Below are positions 41,170 to 55,000 of a stretch of DNA of 64,000 nt, in pieces. Position numbers and translations under genes: made by a program. Origin of the DNA: Flaccisagitta enflata (lineage: Eukaryota); NCBI GenBank assembly GCA_965153355.1, contig OZ231126.1, positions 30,938,001-31,002,000 of the forward strand, given 5' to 3'. The notes beneath the pieces were generated by a model. It had not been told where the DNA came from. It saw only the letters and a list, made by a program, of their open reading frames with translations, and searched no databases. The stretch's first letter is position 1, and every line of letters starts with the position of its first letter.

Positions 41170-43805
41170 CTGTATACAAACCAAAGCTTTATCCCACTCC
41201 ACGAAAGCAGAAAATTCAGAACAAATGCAATCAATATATCAGTTGCTTTGTCTAAAACTTTTCAAAGATTTTGAGAAAAAATGACATTCTTTAAAAGAAT
41301 TAGGTTCATTTGTTGCAGATAGAGATGATGATTTGATGTAAAGAGGTAACTTACTTTTGTTCATTGGTCTATCCATGTCGATTAGAAAAAATGACAAGAA
41401 AAAAAAATGAAAGATACATAAAATGAAAAAAAAGAAAACAAGAGGTAAAGCAAATCCTTCGACTTAAGAGAGAAAGCATCAAATGTAAAACTCAGTTCTT
41501 CCTCTCCTTTGACAGATTGTTTCGCAACTTATTGAATGTCACTTTGCGGGCTAAATTTTCAGCTTCTACTGAAGTATTACTTTTTGCACCGCTTCGACTC
41601 GTAGTTCAAATAGTGAACAAATACTCATATTTCTACTGTACAAAGGGCACTCTTTGATCGGTGCAGAACCCAGCCCCAAGCTTAGTGCGAGCTCTAGTTT
41701 GGGCGCAAATGCTCAAATAAGAGGAAAAATGGAGTAGCCAACTTTGATCAATTTTTAAAAATGCTTCTATGGCCGAAAGAATTGTTTCAACAGTGGATTC
41801 GTCTTAGTTAGACATGAATTGACTAAGAAAAGTGGTCATATCGATTCTTTCGGCAGATTGGGTAGCTTGCCTTCATTGTCTGATATTTAGGTGCGCTGAA
41901 ATTTTCTAAACCCAAATTTTTTTTACAAAAAAGCTTCAGTAGGGTCTATTACAAGTGCATTTGAAATTTTGTGGCCATTTTTCAACTATTATCTAGGTTA
42001 CCGGTTGAAAAAGGCCTAAAATTTGCCATTTTGCAATTTTTGGTTTTAAAGTCCTCACTTAATCATTATTTGAGACCCAAAAAAGGCTCTCAGGGCCACC
42101 AAATTTTTGTGGGGCATCACCAAGAGTCCCCTAGGGAATTTTGGCCCATTGTTCATAGGTGCCTGCCATAATATGGCAATGTTTCAGGCTCAAAGACGAT
42201 TTTTAGTTTTCTTTTCCCAAATTTTGGATTTTCAAACACAATTTTTGGTACTGAAAGTGCTCCGATTTTGATGAAATTTTACATGGAGGTAGTCCATAAT
42301 GTGAAGTACCTCCAGTAAAAATTTTGTTCAAATCGGTCACTTTTAAGGGGGGCAACGGTATTTTTTTTCTTTTAAAAAATCGCGAAATAGCCGTTTTTTC
42401 AAAATTAAGGTACCTTAAAATTTTCAAAAACTTAAATTTTTTACAAAAAAACATCAGTAGGGTCTAATACATGTGCTTTTTGAAATTACAGGGCCATATT
42501 TCAACTTTTTTTTAGGTTACAGGTTGAAAAAAGGCCAAAAATTGGCCATTTTCGCCATCATTGGTTTTATGGTCTTCGCTAAATTGTTATTTGACACCCA
42601 AAAAAGGCTCTCAAGACCACCAAATTTTTTTTGGGCATCACCAAGAGTCTTCTAAAGGAATTTGGCCCATGGTTCATAGGTGCCTGCCATATTATGGCAA
42701 TGTCTCAGGCTTAAAGACGATTTTTAGTTGTTTTTTTCCTGAATTTTGGATTTTTGAATGCAATTTTTGGTACTTAAAGTGCTCCGATTTTGATGAAATT
42801 TTACGTGAAGTACCTACAGTAAAAATTTTGTCCAAATCAGTCATTTTTTAGGGGGGTAACAACATTTTTTTCTTTACAAAAATCGCAAAAAAACTGTTTT
42901 TTTTCAAAATTTAGGTACCTTAAAATTTTCACAGCCTCATAATTTTTTGCATACACCCTTATTAGGCTCCAATACATGGGCATGTGAAATTTCAAGGCTT
43001 ATTTCCAAGGTTAAGATGGGTTTTAGACCAAAAAACGCCAAAAACGGCCATTTTGCAGCCATTTTTGCTTGTTTTCAAGATTTTCAACTCAAGCGTGACG
43101 TGACCGACCAACCGACCAACCAACCAACCAACAGACAGAGCAAGTTATAGAGGTGCTATGGAGCGCCTAAAAACAAGCCCGACCAGGCAACGATGCGTCC
43201 GGGCTGTGTCTCTGCGTGTATTGATCATTTGACAGATGGACAAACAGACGGGTGAAGATGTAAAGGAGGCTCTCAAAACATGTTGATTGATCATTTGTTT
43301 CAGTATAGAATCTCACCATGGCCAAAAACAGGCAAGAAACGCGTTTTTTTGCACAGGCGTTACGGAAGGACGGACGGACTGACAGATCGACAGACCGACA
43401 GACCGACAGACCGACGGACGGACCAAAAAACCCTCTTATAGAGATGCGAGGGCGCATCTAAAAAGAAGGAAGAGAAGAAGGAAAAGGACAAGAAGGGTCA
43501 AATGGTTTTGATGTCAGCATTGATATCATTTGCATATTGCAGTTTTACAATGACTGCTCTGTTGTAATTACCTTGATTTGACATAAAGTCAATTTGAGTT
43601 AATAATGTAACTTGATCTTGATCTTTCTTATTGTAAAGTCAAGGAAAGAAAACATTAATATACGTGAAAGTTAGTGACATCGTCATGTGTTTCATGTAGC
43701 GTTATGAAAACGAAATTCGTAATGGTGATACAAATACTGAAAAGAGAGCTGAATTTTATGTGATAAATTGACGTGTTGGTCCTAGCGTAGCCTAGGCCCT
43801 GGGGC

Positions 43806-44013
43806 CTCTGATACCAACTTAGCTACTAAACTTCCAGATCTAGCTACTAAACGGGGTTCCTTAGCTACTAGATTAGGCATCTGGAATCTAGCTACTTTCT
43901 TAGTTACTTTTTTAGCTACTTTTAGGATAAAGATTTAGCTACTTTTAGCTACTAATGTTCCAACAATTTTTTTCCATCTGGAATTTTGAGCCAAGGCCAG
44001 GTTGGCATCAGAG
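43806..44013. mobile_element. MITE with 8-bp TSD and TAGCTACT subterminal repeats
   Basis: TIR CTCTGATACCAAC / GTTGGCATCAGAG, TSD CCTGGGGC. Confidence 0.85.
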
Positions 44014-44689
44014 CCTGGGGCTAGAATGGTCTCGGCTGAAGGCCTTGAGTGACGATCATATCTCAGACTCTCTGAGTCAACCCGTCTACAACTATTGGAA
44101 CAATTTTCCAAAAGTCGAAACTTTCAGTGTTTAATTTCTTGTTATTCAGACATCTCTTCGCAATGATCAGTGAGAATCATGTTAACTAATTTAAAACTTT
44201 TTTCTCTTCTTTTTTTAGGTGCGACAAAGTACATCTATGACTGGCTGTGTCGGTCAGTTGGTTGGTAACGCATTCGTTCGACGATCCACACGTCGCACCT
44301 TATTGGCCCATTTGGCCTTGTTCTTTATCAAAACTGATTAATTGAGGATGGAAGAAAGAAAAGGATAAAAGAATCTGCTCATTTTTCCCCAAATCACATT
44401 TTTTTTCTCAAATCTAAATAGCATCGTGTTGAAATTTTTTCTTCTTAATCCACAGGTAGGCCTTGATCTACAACTTGGAATTTCTAAGGCTGAAAGCGGA
44501 ACTCGCTTTGAAAAAAACTCGCCCCCTGAAGTGTTGACTGTTGTTACAGGCTCTATATGCCACCGATCTAGGCGTTCTTGGTCTTGTTCGACGGAGATTT
44601 GATTTCTCTCGCCGTCGGCTTTAACTAAACATTATTATTTTCCTCTTAGGGGCCCTTAAGGGCCCCCAAAAAAGCCCTTATTGAGAATT

Positions 44690-45260
44690 TTTTTTTGAAA
44701 AAAAAAAGTGGGGTGCAATCAATAGGAAATTGTTTGATTTGCCTAGATCCAAAATCTTGTATTTTCACTTTTTTCAAAAAACTTAGAAAATTTTTATGTC
44801 GCGCGTCAGGGACTTAGAAAAAAAATCACAAAATATTTTTTGAAAAATGGTTTTCAAAAGTGGGGTGCAGTTAATAGGAAATTGTTTGATTTGCCTAGAT
44901 CCAAAATCCTGCATTTTCATTTTTTTTCAGAAAACTTAGAAAAAAAAAAGAAAATTTTTATGTCGCGCGTCAGGGACTTAAAAAAAAAATAACAAAATAT
45001 TTTTTTGAAAAATGGTTTTCAAAAGTGGGGTGCTATCAATAAGAAATTGTTTGATTTGCCTAGATCCAAAATCTGGTATTTTCATTTTTTTTTTCTTCAA
45101 AAAATTGAAATTTTTTTGTATTGCACGTCAAGGACTTAAAAAAAATCACAAAATATTTTTTTTAAAAATGGTTTTCAAAAGTGGGGTGCAATTGATAGGA
45201 AATTGTTCTATTTGCCTAGGTCCAAAACCTGTAAAATTACTTTTTTCAAAAAATTTAAAG
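44690..45260. repeat. ~155-bp tandem repeat, about 3.5 units
   Basis: AAAGTGGGGTGC...TTTGCCTAGATCCAAAA recurs four times. Confidence 0.9.
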
Positions 45261-46236
45261 ATTTGATTGGGGGCGAATTCAAAGAAAAATCGGAAAAAAA
45301 GAACGTCGGTTTTCTCTTATACTTTTTAAGTATGAAAAAGGCCGTAACTTCTAAACTATTGATGCGATTGTCCTGAAATTTGAAATAATAGCTGACGTTA
45401 TGCTTCTCGACGTACGAGTCAAAAATCTTGATTGTGAACCGTCGTAAAGTTGGACGCACTTCTTTGCCTACCACAGGATAAGACAGCAAGCATTTGATGG
45501 CAACACACAGCGTTTCACCCCATTTTTTCAACTATAGTTGAATAATAATGATGCCACAAATATTGTCATGAGACAAATTACCTCCAGAAATATTTTTTGT
45601 GTATGTCTTTGTCATGTGCTGACCTCAGAAGAACCTTTAAGTTGGCAATTCAAATAGAAAAAGCAAAGAAAATAAGGAGTTTTAATAAAATTTTGCTAAC
45701 ACTTTTTTTCTTTTTGCTGCTGTTAAAATTATAAGACCCTCAAATGCAGAGAAATTTTGCATTTTCAAAGACATAGCCGCCTTCATAATCAATTTTGGAA
45801 GGCGGCTATGTTCTTCATTTTTGTGTTTTTTCATTTTCTATGCAAAGTTATAATTTTAACAAGCCTCCTATCAGTGAACAAAAATTGAATTTTGAATATT
45901 TTCTAGTGAATACATTTAGTTATTGATAGCTCTACTAGCTCTTTTTCCCTATTTGAATGCAAATTTTGTAATAAAATAGCCATTATGATATACTTCAATG
46001 ATTGTTTTCATGTTTTTCTTTATTTTCATTTTCAAAAAAATTTCTATTTTGACCCCTGTTGACACACTAAATCTTGCCGTCAGATGCTCGCCGTCATAAC
46101 TGGCCCACTGAAGTGCGCAATTCGCATAACAAAAGTTACTCCTGTACCTTTTCCCTAATCCCCACACTCAAGTCGAGTCGGCAGCATTCAGGGAAAATTT
46201 GTGCTTCTCGGCAGAAAAGAAAAATCAAGAGACCTG

Positions 46237-46722
46237 CAGATGAGCAACTATGCTCATAAACATGTTTTCTTGTATTTGCATGCTCAAACAAGCATGAATA
46301 CACTCCCTTATTGATCCTTCTTAAAATCATAAAAAAAAATTGATTACAATTTTCGTAGATAAATCTTTAAAAGATCATATAAAGCTAAAAATATTTGTGG
46401 TAGAGCATTCTGCTTGGCGCCAAATAAAAGAGAATTATCAAATTTACTTACTCTATCAATTTCATTGAAAAACCCAATCTGTCAATAAAGAGCCTCAACT
46501 TTCGCATGAGAAAAAGAAAACCGCGTTTCTTTCAAATATGTCAAAAAGACGAAGACTGACTTCAACTTTTTTCCTGACTGTAAAAAAATCGTTTTAGCCA
46601 ATATGTTGCTAGACTTTGTTTCACCTGATAAAGCAAGCCTTGAGGAACTAGGAACCACCAAAAAACTTTGTAATTCATTTTTGTTAAGGTCGGGTTTGAT
46701 ATTTTGCTTTAATCCTCCTCTA
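46237..46722 (-). mobile_element. AcademX copy, left part (continuation of 25555-26840)
   Basis: Reverse complement of 52091-52560, ending CCTCCTCTA. Confidence 0.8.
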
Positions 46723-47900
46723 AATCTAGAGAGAGAATTGATGTCATAAAAAGGCGCAAAAAGGTGCATAAGGGAATTCTTATCACTGACAATGACAGAC
46801 AGTAGTCCACTTTTTGATGTGGAAATTATTGTATAGAATTGAGAGTATTTCACAACCCCAAGCAATTTTTCTAGTCATTTTACATCACATTTTACTAGAA
46901 TATACATTTAGTTAATGATTTTTGGCCTTCAAATGTGTTCTTGATGAATGTTTAAGGAAAGGTCTGGTTATGAAATATATTAAATATATGAAAGATCTAA
47001 TCATGATCCCTCATCTGTCACAGCCCTGTTAATGTATGTGTTATACAATTATTCTCATGGGATTAGTCGTTTTTTTAAAAATTTCCAAATTATCTCTTAG
47101 GAAATGGTTGTACCCCAAAAAAATCGCTGTTTACTCATTACACCGTCATTTTGAGACAATCCAATGCCCTGCACACAAAAAAATCAATTGAGTCCTTTAT
47201 TTCAAATTAGCTCAGAATTTATTGCCCGTGAATACAATAACAAGAATGCAAAAAGGAAAACTTATCGCGATTGCGGCCGGAAACTGGGAGCAGTAATAAA
47301 ATAAGGAACGTGGAAGCGTTTTTGGCCATAAAAGAAACAAATCAAAATTCGTCTGGCGGCTGGCGCATGTGTTAATGAGAGATAAAGGCAGATTAAAGCC
47401 AACAGTGTACAACATAGAAAAACAATACAACTGAAGCAAATGCAGCCATTTATAAAAATGTATCGGTAAAGGTGGAAGAAGCTGAAGTTTTGGCTACATC
47501 CCATTGCAGTCATGGATCGGGCTGCATCCATTGCATGGAAGAAAACCGATGTCTTTAAGATTTATATGTACGCATCTCATATTTTCAGCATTCCCAAGAA
47601 GCCTGAATATAGCAATAATGTAAGTCTGTGGATATCTTCAAGTCATGCTTCAGTATCTATATACAAAATAATATACAAAACCCCGCCATTTTACGAAATT
47701 ACTTTTGATTTTACATGACGATTTTCCATTACGTTATAGGAGCGCTCGACTACTTATCCCTCACTTAATAAGCCGAATAAAGAAAAGCTATTCCTAAGCC
47801 ATGATAGGCATCAAACAGCTTTACCATCGTCAAAAGGTTTACCCCACCAAAACGCGCAAGTGTAATACTCAAAATGAACATTTTCTCAAGAACCTTTGCT

Positions 47901-48057
47901 TTAGCTAATCGCGCGAAAAACCAGCAAATTGAAAATAAAGGAAAGCAGAATTGAGAGTTGAGTTGTTTGCAGAGGCTTTGCTTTGTTACACGGTTCGGTT
48001 TGATCTTCGCGGTGGTTTGGACAGTAGCATCTCACAACATCGACTTTGTACACCGGC
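47901..48057 (-). CDS. terminal exon A of a Cys-rich, probably GPI-anchored (Ly6/three-finger-like) protein
   Basis: TTCCAG acceptor (phase 2); reads PVYKVDVVRCYCPNHREDQTEPCNKAKPLQTTQLSILLSFIFNLLVFRAIS*. Paralogous to exon B. Confidence 0.75.
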
Positions 48058-49705
48058 CTGGAATAAAAAGAAACTTAAAATAAGAAAAAAAAAAGCAAGT
48101 TAGATCCATCAAGTCTGCTTTGGAATAAAAACCAAACCTTTATCAGTATAAATTAAAAAGTTCCAGCTTAACATGTGCTATCGATTATTTTCGGCAACTA
48201 CAGGATAAATTTCTACAATTTTCCGGTATGAATTTAGCGTGGCAACCGCTTGATGTGTAAATTCTGTAAGCAACGACTCTGTATAGCACCTTGCCTATAA
48301 ATTACTAATTCCAAGATAAGCTTTCTTGGCGAAAAATCGGCACAAGCGTGAAAGCTTTTGTAAAATGATAATTTATGAACGACTACATTCTTTATCTGAC
48401 TTGGTGAGTTCAGGAGGATTTCAAATTTAAGCCAAAACTACGGTGTGGTCTTGTAAAGTAAAGACAGTGAATAACTAATTCAAAGCATACCCTTTATTGA
48501 GGGGCACTGGATGGATTGATACAAGAACGGTTTGTACCAACAATTTTGTAACGGCATGAAATAATCATTTTCATTTTCAAACTCTCTTATTCAATTAGAA
48601 ATCCAAATGAAGCTCCATAAGTCAGATAAACAATTGGCTAAATGAGTAGCAGAATTAGCTTTCAGTGAACCCTTACATCTTGTTTCAGCTTGGCTGGTTG
48701 TTAATGCGACTCAGCGATTGCCAAAAAAAGCAGCACATTCAGATGATCCAGTTTTGTAACCACGCTTGGACGCACTCAGTCACACAAAATCCTACCCAAT
48801 ATTATGCGTACGCTCAGTCACAGTGCATCAGAAGCATCTTTTTCATTCATACTATAAAACCATGTGTTGTGCACATGAGAACTTTTTGCATGCAAATTAT
48901 TCTGTCAAGATCTGTTCCCATGCAATCGCGCCCACATTGTACGTTGTACAAAGAAGCCGGCCGTAAAAGATTGGTGGCAAAGCGGTTGTCTGTAAATTAT
49001 CATTCAATCGCGTGAAAGAGAGAGAACGATATCGTGAGAAAAACTCATGAATTAAGTAAAAAAAATAACCAAAAAGATCTTCACTAGGGTGGTCACGACA
49101 AGGGGAAAGATTTTGAATCTTGATATTCAATAAACAAGTGATGCGGGGGTCACAATATCGTTGCGAAACGGGTGGGCAGGTGCATACAACCCCCATCCAC
49201 ACCCTCGCCCACCCCATACACACTCACAAACACAGGGCAGTTCAGCTGCAGCATCGAAAATGCCCGTTTTCGCACTTTTCAACTCGATCATCACGGACCA
49301 ACGGACGGATGGACCAATGGACCTACAGACCAACAGACGGACAAAGCCTCTTATAGCGTCGCGTTTCTGCAACTAAAAAGCGGAAAAACAGATAGAGGTC
49401 TTTTTGATAGTTTAAGATCCTCTTGGGGAAGATTCGGTGGTTTGTTTCAGGTTTGATTCCTGTATTCTGCCATTCTGTTTTCTTTTCGGGAAAACATCAT
49501 TGTCGAATAATTGATTCTTCACCCAATACTTTATTTCTTTGTTTATCTGCATTACAAACATTGCCTCTAAACGTGACCACCCTAGGGATTGACATTTTTT
49601 CTCAAAAATTTATCATGTAAATATACTTTTTTTTTTGCGATGTAGATTTGACTTCATCATGCAAATAAAGCATCGGTATCAGATCGGTTGTTTTGTTGAT
49701 CTCAT

Positions 49706-49877
49706 TCAAGCCAGTGGATTATTTTTTAGGAGAAATAATGTTAATGCAAGGAGGAGAAGTTGTCTATAGCTTCCGTATCCGAAGATCATCAGAGGAGCGG
49801 CATGGTTGCAAGGATCTCGTTCGTCCTCTCTATGGTTAGGACAGTGACAACGATAATGAGTCACTTCATATTGAGGA
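49706..49877 (-). CDS. terminal exon B, paralog of exon A
   Basis: CAG acceptor (phase 2); reads PQYEVTHYRCHCPNHREDERDPCNHAAPLMIFGYGSYRQLLLLALTLFLLKNNPLA*. Confidence 0.75.
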
Positions 49878-50262
49878 CTGATTGATCAATGGGATCAATC
49901 ATTTAGACGAGACAGAGAAATTTAATAGTGAAAAAAAATGGAGGAGGATGCATAAAAATGAAAATGAATGATATTTCTTACATTCTATGTGTTAAAATTT
50001 TTCAATAATGACAGATAGATAGACGTAAATAAGATGCAGATTTATAATGGAAAAATCTTCTTTATTTTTTTTTAAAAAACAAGGCCAAGTAGGCCAATAA
50101 GGTGAGATGTGTGGATCGTCGAACGAATGCGTCACCGACAGACCAACCAACCAACCGACGGACACAGCCAGTTATAGAGGTGCTTTTTCGCACCTAAAAA
50201 CCATTAACCAGGACTTGGACTAAGTCACGTCACGAGTAAGTCTGGTTGATGAAGATGATAAT

Positions 50263-50636
50263 CAGAGATGCAGATTCATGGTAGCAAAGTAGCAATGCTA
50301 CGCGGCAGGCAAGGCCAAAAGTGCGGCAGATGTGGCAGGAGAGGAAAGGAAAGGCAGTGAAAGGAGTAAAGAAGAAAGGAAAGAAGAATGAAAGTACAAC
50401 ATGAAGGGAAAGATTAACTTGTGGAAACAAGAGAAAGTAAGAGAAAGAACGAAAGAAAGAAAGAGACAGATAGACAGACAGACAGACAGACACAGACAGA
50501 CAGACAGACAGACAGAAAGAACATACTAAATTGAGAGACAGGAGACAGAATGATAGAATGAATAGTGAGTAAAAGCTGCGGCAGCTCTTGAGAGACCAGT
50601 TCTGCTACGCGGCAGTTTGCGGAATCTGCATCTCTG
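50263..50636. mobile_element. hAT-like MITE
   Basis: TIR CAGAGATGCAGATTC / GAATCTGCATCTCTG, TSD ATGATAAT. Confidence 0.88.
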
Positions 50637-50880
50637 ATGATAATATTCAATTATTTATAATCAAAACATTGAAACAAATGTTTACTAGTTTTCCGAATGT
50701 CGGCCTACATGGCGCAATCGTGATTCAGTTATTTACACAGAAAATGGACTTGAGATTAATCAATTCGTCAATCACAGTTGAATCCCGCTTCAACAAACTG
50801 AGAAAAAAAAGTCAATGACATGAAAAATAACTGTAAAATTTTGAAAATAATATGTAAAATGTAAAATATCAATGACATGA

Positions 50881-51492
50881 CACTGTGCTTTTAAAACAAT
50901 TCTGAGTGAAAAGTCATATAACTGTGGGTTTTTCTGCATTTTTGAGCAGTATTGGGGTGTAAGAGTATGTAACTAGCAAAAACAAAATCATTCCCTGAGC
51001 GTTTTATAACCTTCAAAATCAGAAAAAAATAGACCTAATTTCAATGCAGATTCCTCTGGGATGTGTTGACTAAATTTCTGATTCTATATTGTTAATCTAT
51101 GCAAAATTCCCTTTCATTTGATAGGTCGCACTCTATACTTTTGCAAAGAATTAAAATTTTCATTTTTTGAGTCACCGTTACAAAAAAGTAAAGGTGGCTT
51201 AAAATATGAAAACCTAATTTCTATAGAAAACCATATAGTGTGACCTATCAAATGAAAGGAAATTTTGTATAGAATAACAATATGGAATCAAAAAATGAGC
51301 CAATACAACTTATTAGAATCTGCATCATAAATAGGTTTAATTTTTTTCTATTTTGAAGATTACTCAAAAAGTGCTCGGGGAATTATTTTATTTTTGCTAG
51401 TTACATGCTCTTACATCCCAATACTGCTCAAAAATGCAGAAAAACCCACAGTTATATGACTTTCCACTGAGAATCTTTTTAAAAGCACAGTG
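50881..51492. mobile_element. palindromic MITE with CAC termini and 4-bp TSD (Chapaev-like)
   Basis: CACTGTGCTTTTAAAA ... TTTTAAAAGCACAGTG with long inverted arms and ATGA on both flanks. Confidence 0.75.
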
Positions 51493-51559
51493 ATGACTTA
51501 ACATGACTTGAAAAAAAGATCAAGTTTCATCTATGTTAAAAATTGTAGATCCAATTTGC

Positions 51560-52090
51560 CTTTTTTTGGGCAGCGGCCTCAAAGGGGCCGATGCACTGTA
51601 GAACACAGGGGACTTTTGTTTGTTCATTCATTTATCCGTTCATTCCCCCAAGCCCTCTCAGGCCTGAAATCTGCCCTCTTAGGCCTGAAGTCTGCCCTCT
51701 CAGGCCTGAAATCTGCTTTCTCAGGCCTTGAATATGCCCTCTTAGGCCTGAAATCTGCTCTCTCAGGCCAATAATCTGCCCTCTCAGGCTTTGATTCTAC
51801 CCCCTCAGGCCTGCAATCTGCTCTCTCAGGCCTTAAATGTGCCCTCTCAGATTCAAAGCCTGGGAGGGCAGATTTCAGTCCTGAGAGGGTAGATTTCAGG
51901 CCTGCGAGGCCACACTTCGGGCCTGAGAGGGCCTAGGGGGATGGATGGATGGATAGACGAATGAACAAAAGTCCCCCATATTTTACAGGACATTGTCTCC
52001 TTTGAGGCCGCTGCTTCCTCTTGTTCCAATTCACAACTATGCAAAGCTGGGCAACGGGTATCACTGACCACATATTGCCCTTGGACGACT
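51560..52090 (+). mobile_element. GGGCAGCGG-family HINE whose 3' end is interrupted by the Academ element
   Basis: 21-bp array. The tail TTGGACGACT|GGTT is completed at 55811-55817. Confidence 0.75.
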
Positions 52091-55000
52091 TAGAGGAGGG
52101 ATTTAATCAAAATAGTAAACCTTAACAAAAATGTAATACAAAGTTTTTTGGTGGTTCCTAGTTCCTCAAGGCTTACTTTATCAGGTAAAACAAAATCTAG
52201 CAACATATCGGCTAAAAAGATTTTTTTACAGTTGGGAAAAAAGTCGAAGTCAGTCCTCGTCTTTTTGACATTTTCAAAAGAAAAACGGCTTTTATTTTCT
52301 TATGCAAAAGTTGAGGCTCTCAATTGACAGATTGGGAATTCCAATAAAATTGATAGACTAAGTAAATTTGATAATTCTCTTTCATTTGGCGCCATCCAGA
52401 ATGCTCTACCACAAATATTTTTTGCGTTATGATTTTTTAAAGATTTACTTACAAAAAAAAAAGAATTATTATCTTTTTGAGAAGGATCATTAAAGGAGTG
52501 AATTCAGGCTTGTTTGAGCATGCAAATACAAGAAAACATGTTTATGAGCATAGCTGCTCAAATGTGAGGGTGTTTTTGAGTATTCTAGCTCATTTAGCTC
52601 TTTATTTAATCTAATAAATTACGACTCTTTTCCTCAAGGCGACAACCACCACTAATGGTATCATTATCACTGTAATATGCCTATTTCCCCATTTCACCCA
52701 TTTCTAAATAGTCTACTTCTATCAAAAGTTTTCCATGACCCCATTGCAACTATAGAGAATGGCAACAAATTAGATCAAAACAATGAATTGCATGTGCTCT
52801 ACAGTAAACTTGAGGTGTCACAAAAGGCCATGATGGATGGTAAAACCATGGAAGAAATTCCTAGAGAACCCTTGGATGAACTTGAAAAGCATCTTACAGC
52901 TCAGAAGGAAACGCTACAATCAAGTAGAATGGCACGGTTTTGGCTTCAGTATATGTCTATGATTGACATATTAAAAAAATACATAAAGGCAGAAAGGTTT
53001 GGAAACTATCCTATGCATCTATTTAGCTTTGCTGAATTGGTAAAATATTTGGCTGCTGCTGGGCACAACAACTGTACCAAGTCAGGCAACATCTATTTGC
53101 AGCAAATGCAAGAACTAGAGATGACTCACCCAGATGTTCATCACCACTTTTCAAATGGGCTTTTTGTAGTTCGAAGGAGTGACAGATTATGGGCAGGAAT
53201 CCCCAGTGATCAAGTGATCAAACAATGCCTGATGCGCAATTTGAAGACCAGCGGAGGATTGACACATGGGAGTGGCATGAGTGAGGAACAGCAAAATGTA
53301 TGAGCTGGCTCCATGTCATTTTGTGCATCTGCACATCAAGGCATACAGGAAATGACAAGTACCACAAGAAAAAGTGGAGAGCAGCATACTGAGATGGGAC
53401 CATCTAGGATAAGTCGTGATTAGAAAGATACATGTCTTGTAGCTGAATTCTTGCATGAAAGAAATCCATTCGATTATGGAGATGTTTTTTGCAATATTGC
53501 CAATGGTGTTCATGCAAGCTCATCAGTCAATTGCGATAATGCTAAAGCCATTGGTGAAAGCATTTTAGAAAAGATGGTTGGAGAGAAAGTAAGTGATTTT
53601 TCTTTTAAGAGGAAAGATCAGGCCATAACCATGGGTGCCAAAAACGGTGTAAAAGTTGATGGAGAAATTGTACAGTTTGAGCCACATATCTTGTTTCAAA
53701 AACTTGCTGTTGCTGCTGAAAGGACTGACAATATTGATCCTGAAACTATTTTCAAGCATGAATTGACCACCATACCTAAGGCTCTTGCTGAAACACTAGA
53801 ATTGCTTCATGAGGCCCAAAAGTCTACTCTTGCAGATATATTATGGACAGCAGCTAATCTTAATGCTGCTTCCATCCCTGACAATGTCAGGTATGTACTT
53901 GATGGAGTTGCTCTGCTGCACAGGATTCCTTGGTCACGAGGTGCTTCTTATGAAAGCATCTTAGAAACCTACAGCAAGTACGTTGCTACCAACTATGGTA
54001 AAGCTGTCATAGTTTTTGATGGATATAAAGAATTTACGACCAAAGATATGATTCATAAGCGGCGATTGAAGGAAAAAAAAGGAGTTAGCATTACATTCAG
54101 TCTGGATATGAATCTAACGGTCACAAAAGAGGCATTTCTCAATGACCCAAAAACAAACAACAATTCATTGACTATCTTGGCGCCAAACTCACAAATCAGG
54201 GCTGCCAGGTTTTTTATGACCAAGCAGATGCAGACCTTCTCATTGTCCAAAAGACAATTGAGTCAGCATCCTCAATGGATACAGTTTTGATTGGAGATGA
54301 CACAGATTTACTTGTCCTCCTGTTACATCATTTGCCTCAACATGGCAAAGAGATTTCTTTTGCTTCAGATCGTAAGAAAAATACAAAAGGACGATTGTGG
54401 AACATTAAAGAGGTCAAAGCAAAACTAGGCAAAGCAAAACTAGGCCTTTTTGTATGCAAACACATGCCATTTTTGCATGCATTTTTAGGGTGTGACACAA
54501 CATCTTGTTTATTTGGTATTGGAAAAGGGTCCATTTCCAAAAAATTCAAAGAGAATAAATCTCTCCAGCAAGCAGCAATAGTCTTTGACAATCCAAATGC
54601 CACTCAGGTCTAGATCGATCATGCTGGTAAAACTGCATTTGTTGTAATGTATAATGGGAAAAAATCAGATACCTTAGACGGCCTACGATACAAAAAGTAT
54701 TGCGACAAAGTTGCCACAAGCTTGACACAAGTGGACCCTAAAGTTTTGCCTCTCACCTCTGCAGCTACCAAGTTTCATATCAGGCGAGATACTCAATGTG
54801 ATTTGCTTGCTGAGGAGTGAGGATGCGTCCGCAAAGATACTTGATTGCATCCTGTACTGATGGATATGCCACCAGCCCCTGCTGAACTTTTAAAGATCAT
54901 TCGATGCAATTGTACCACTGATTGTGCAACTGCTAGATGCACTTGCAAGAAACATGGAATGAAATGCTCAATGGCTTGTGGGCATTGTGGAGGCTCCTCA

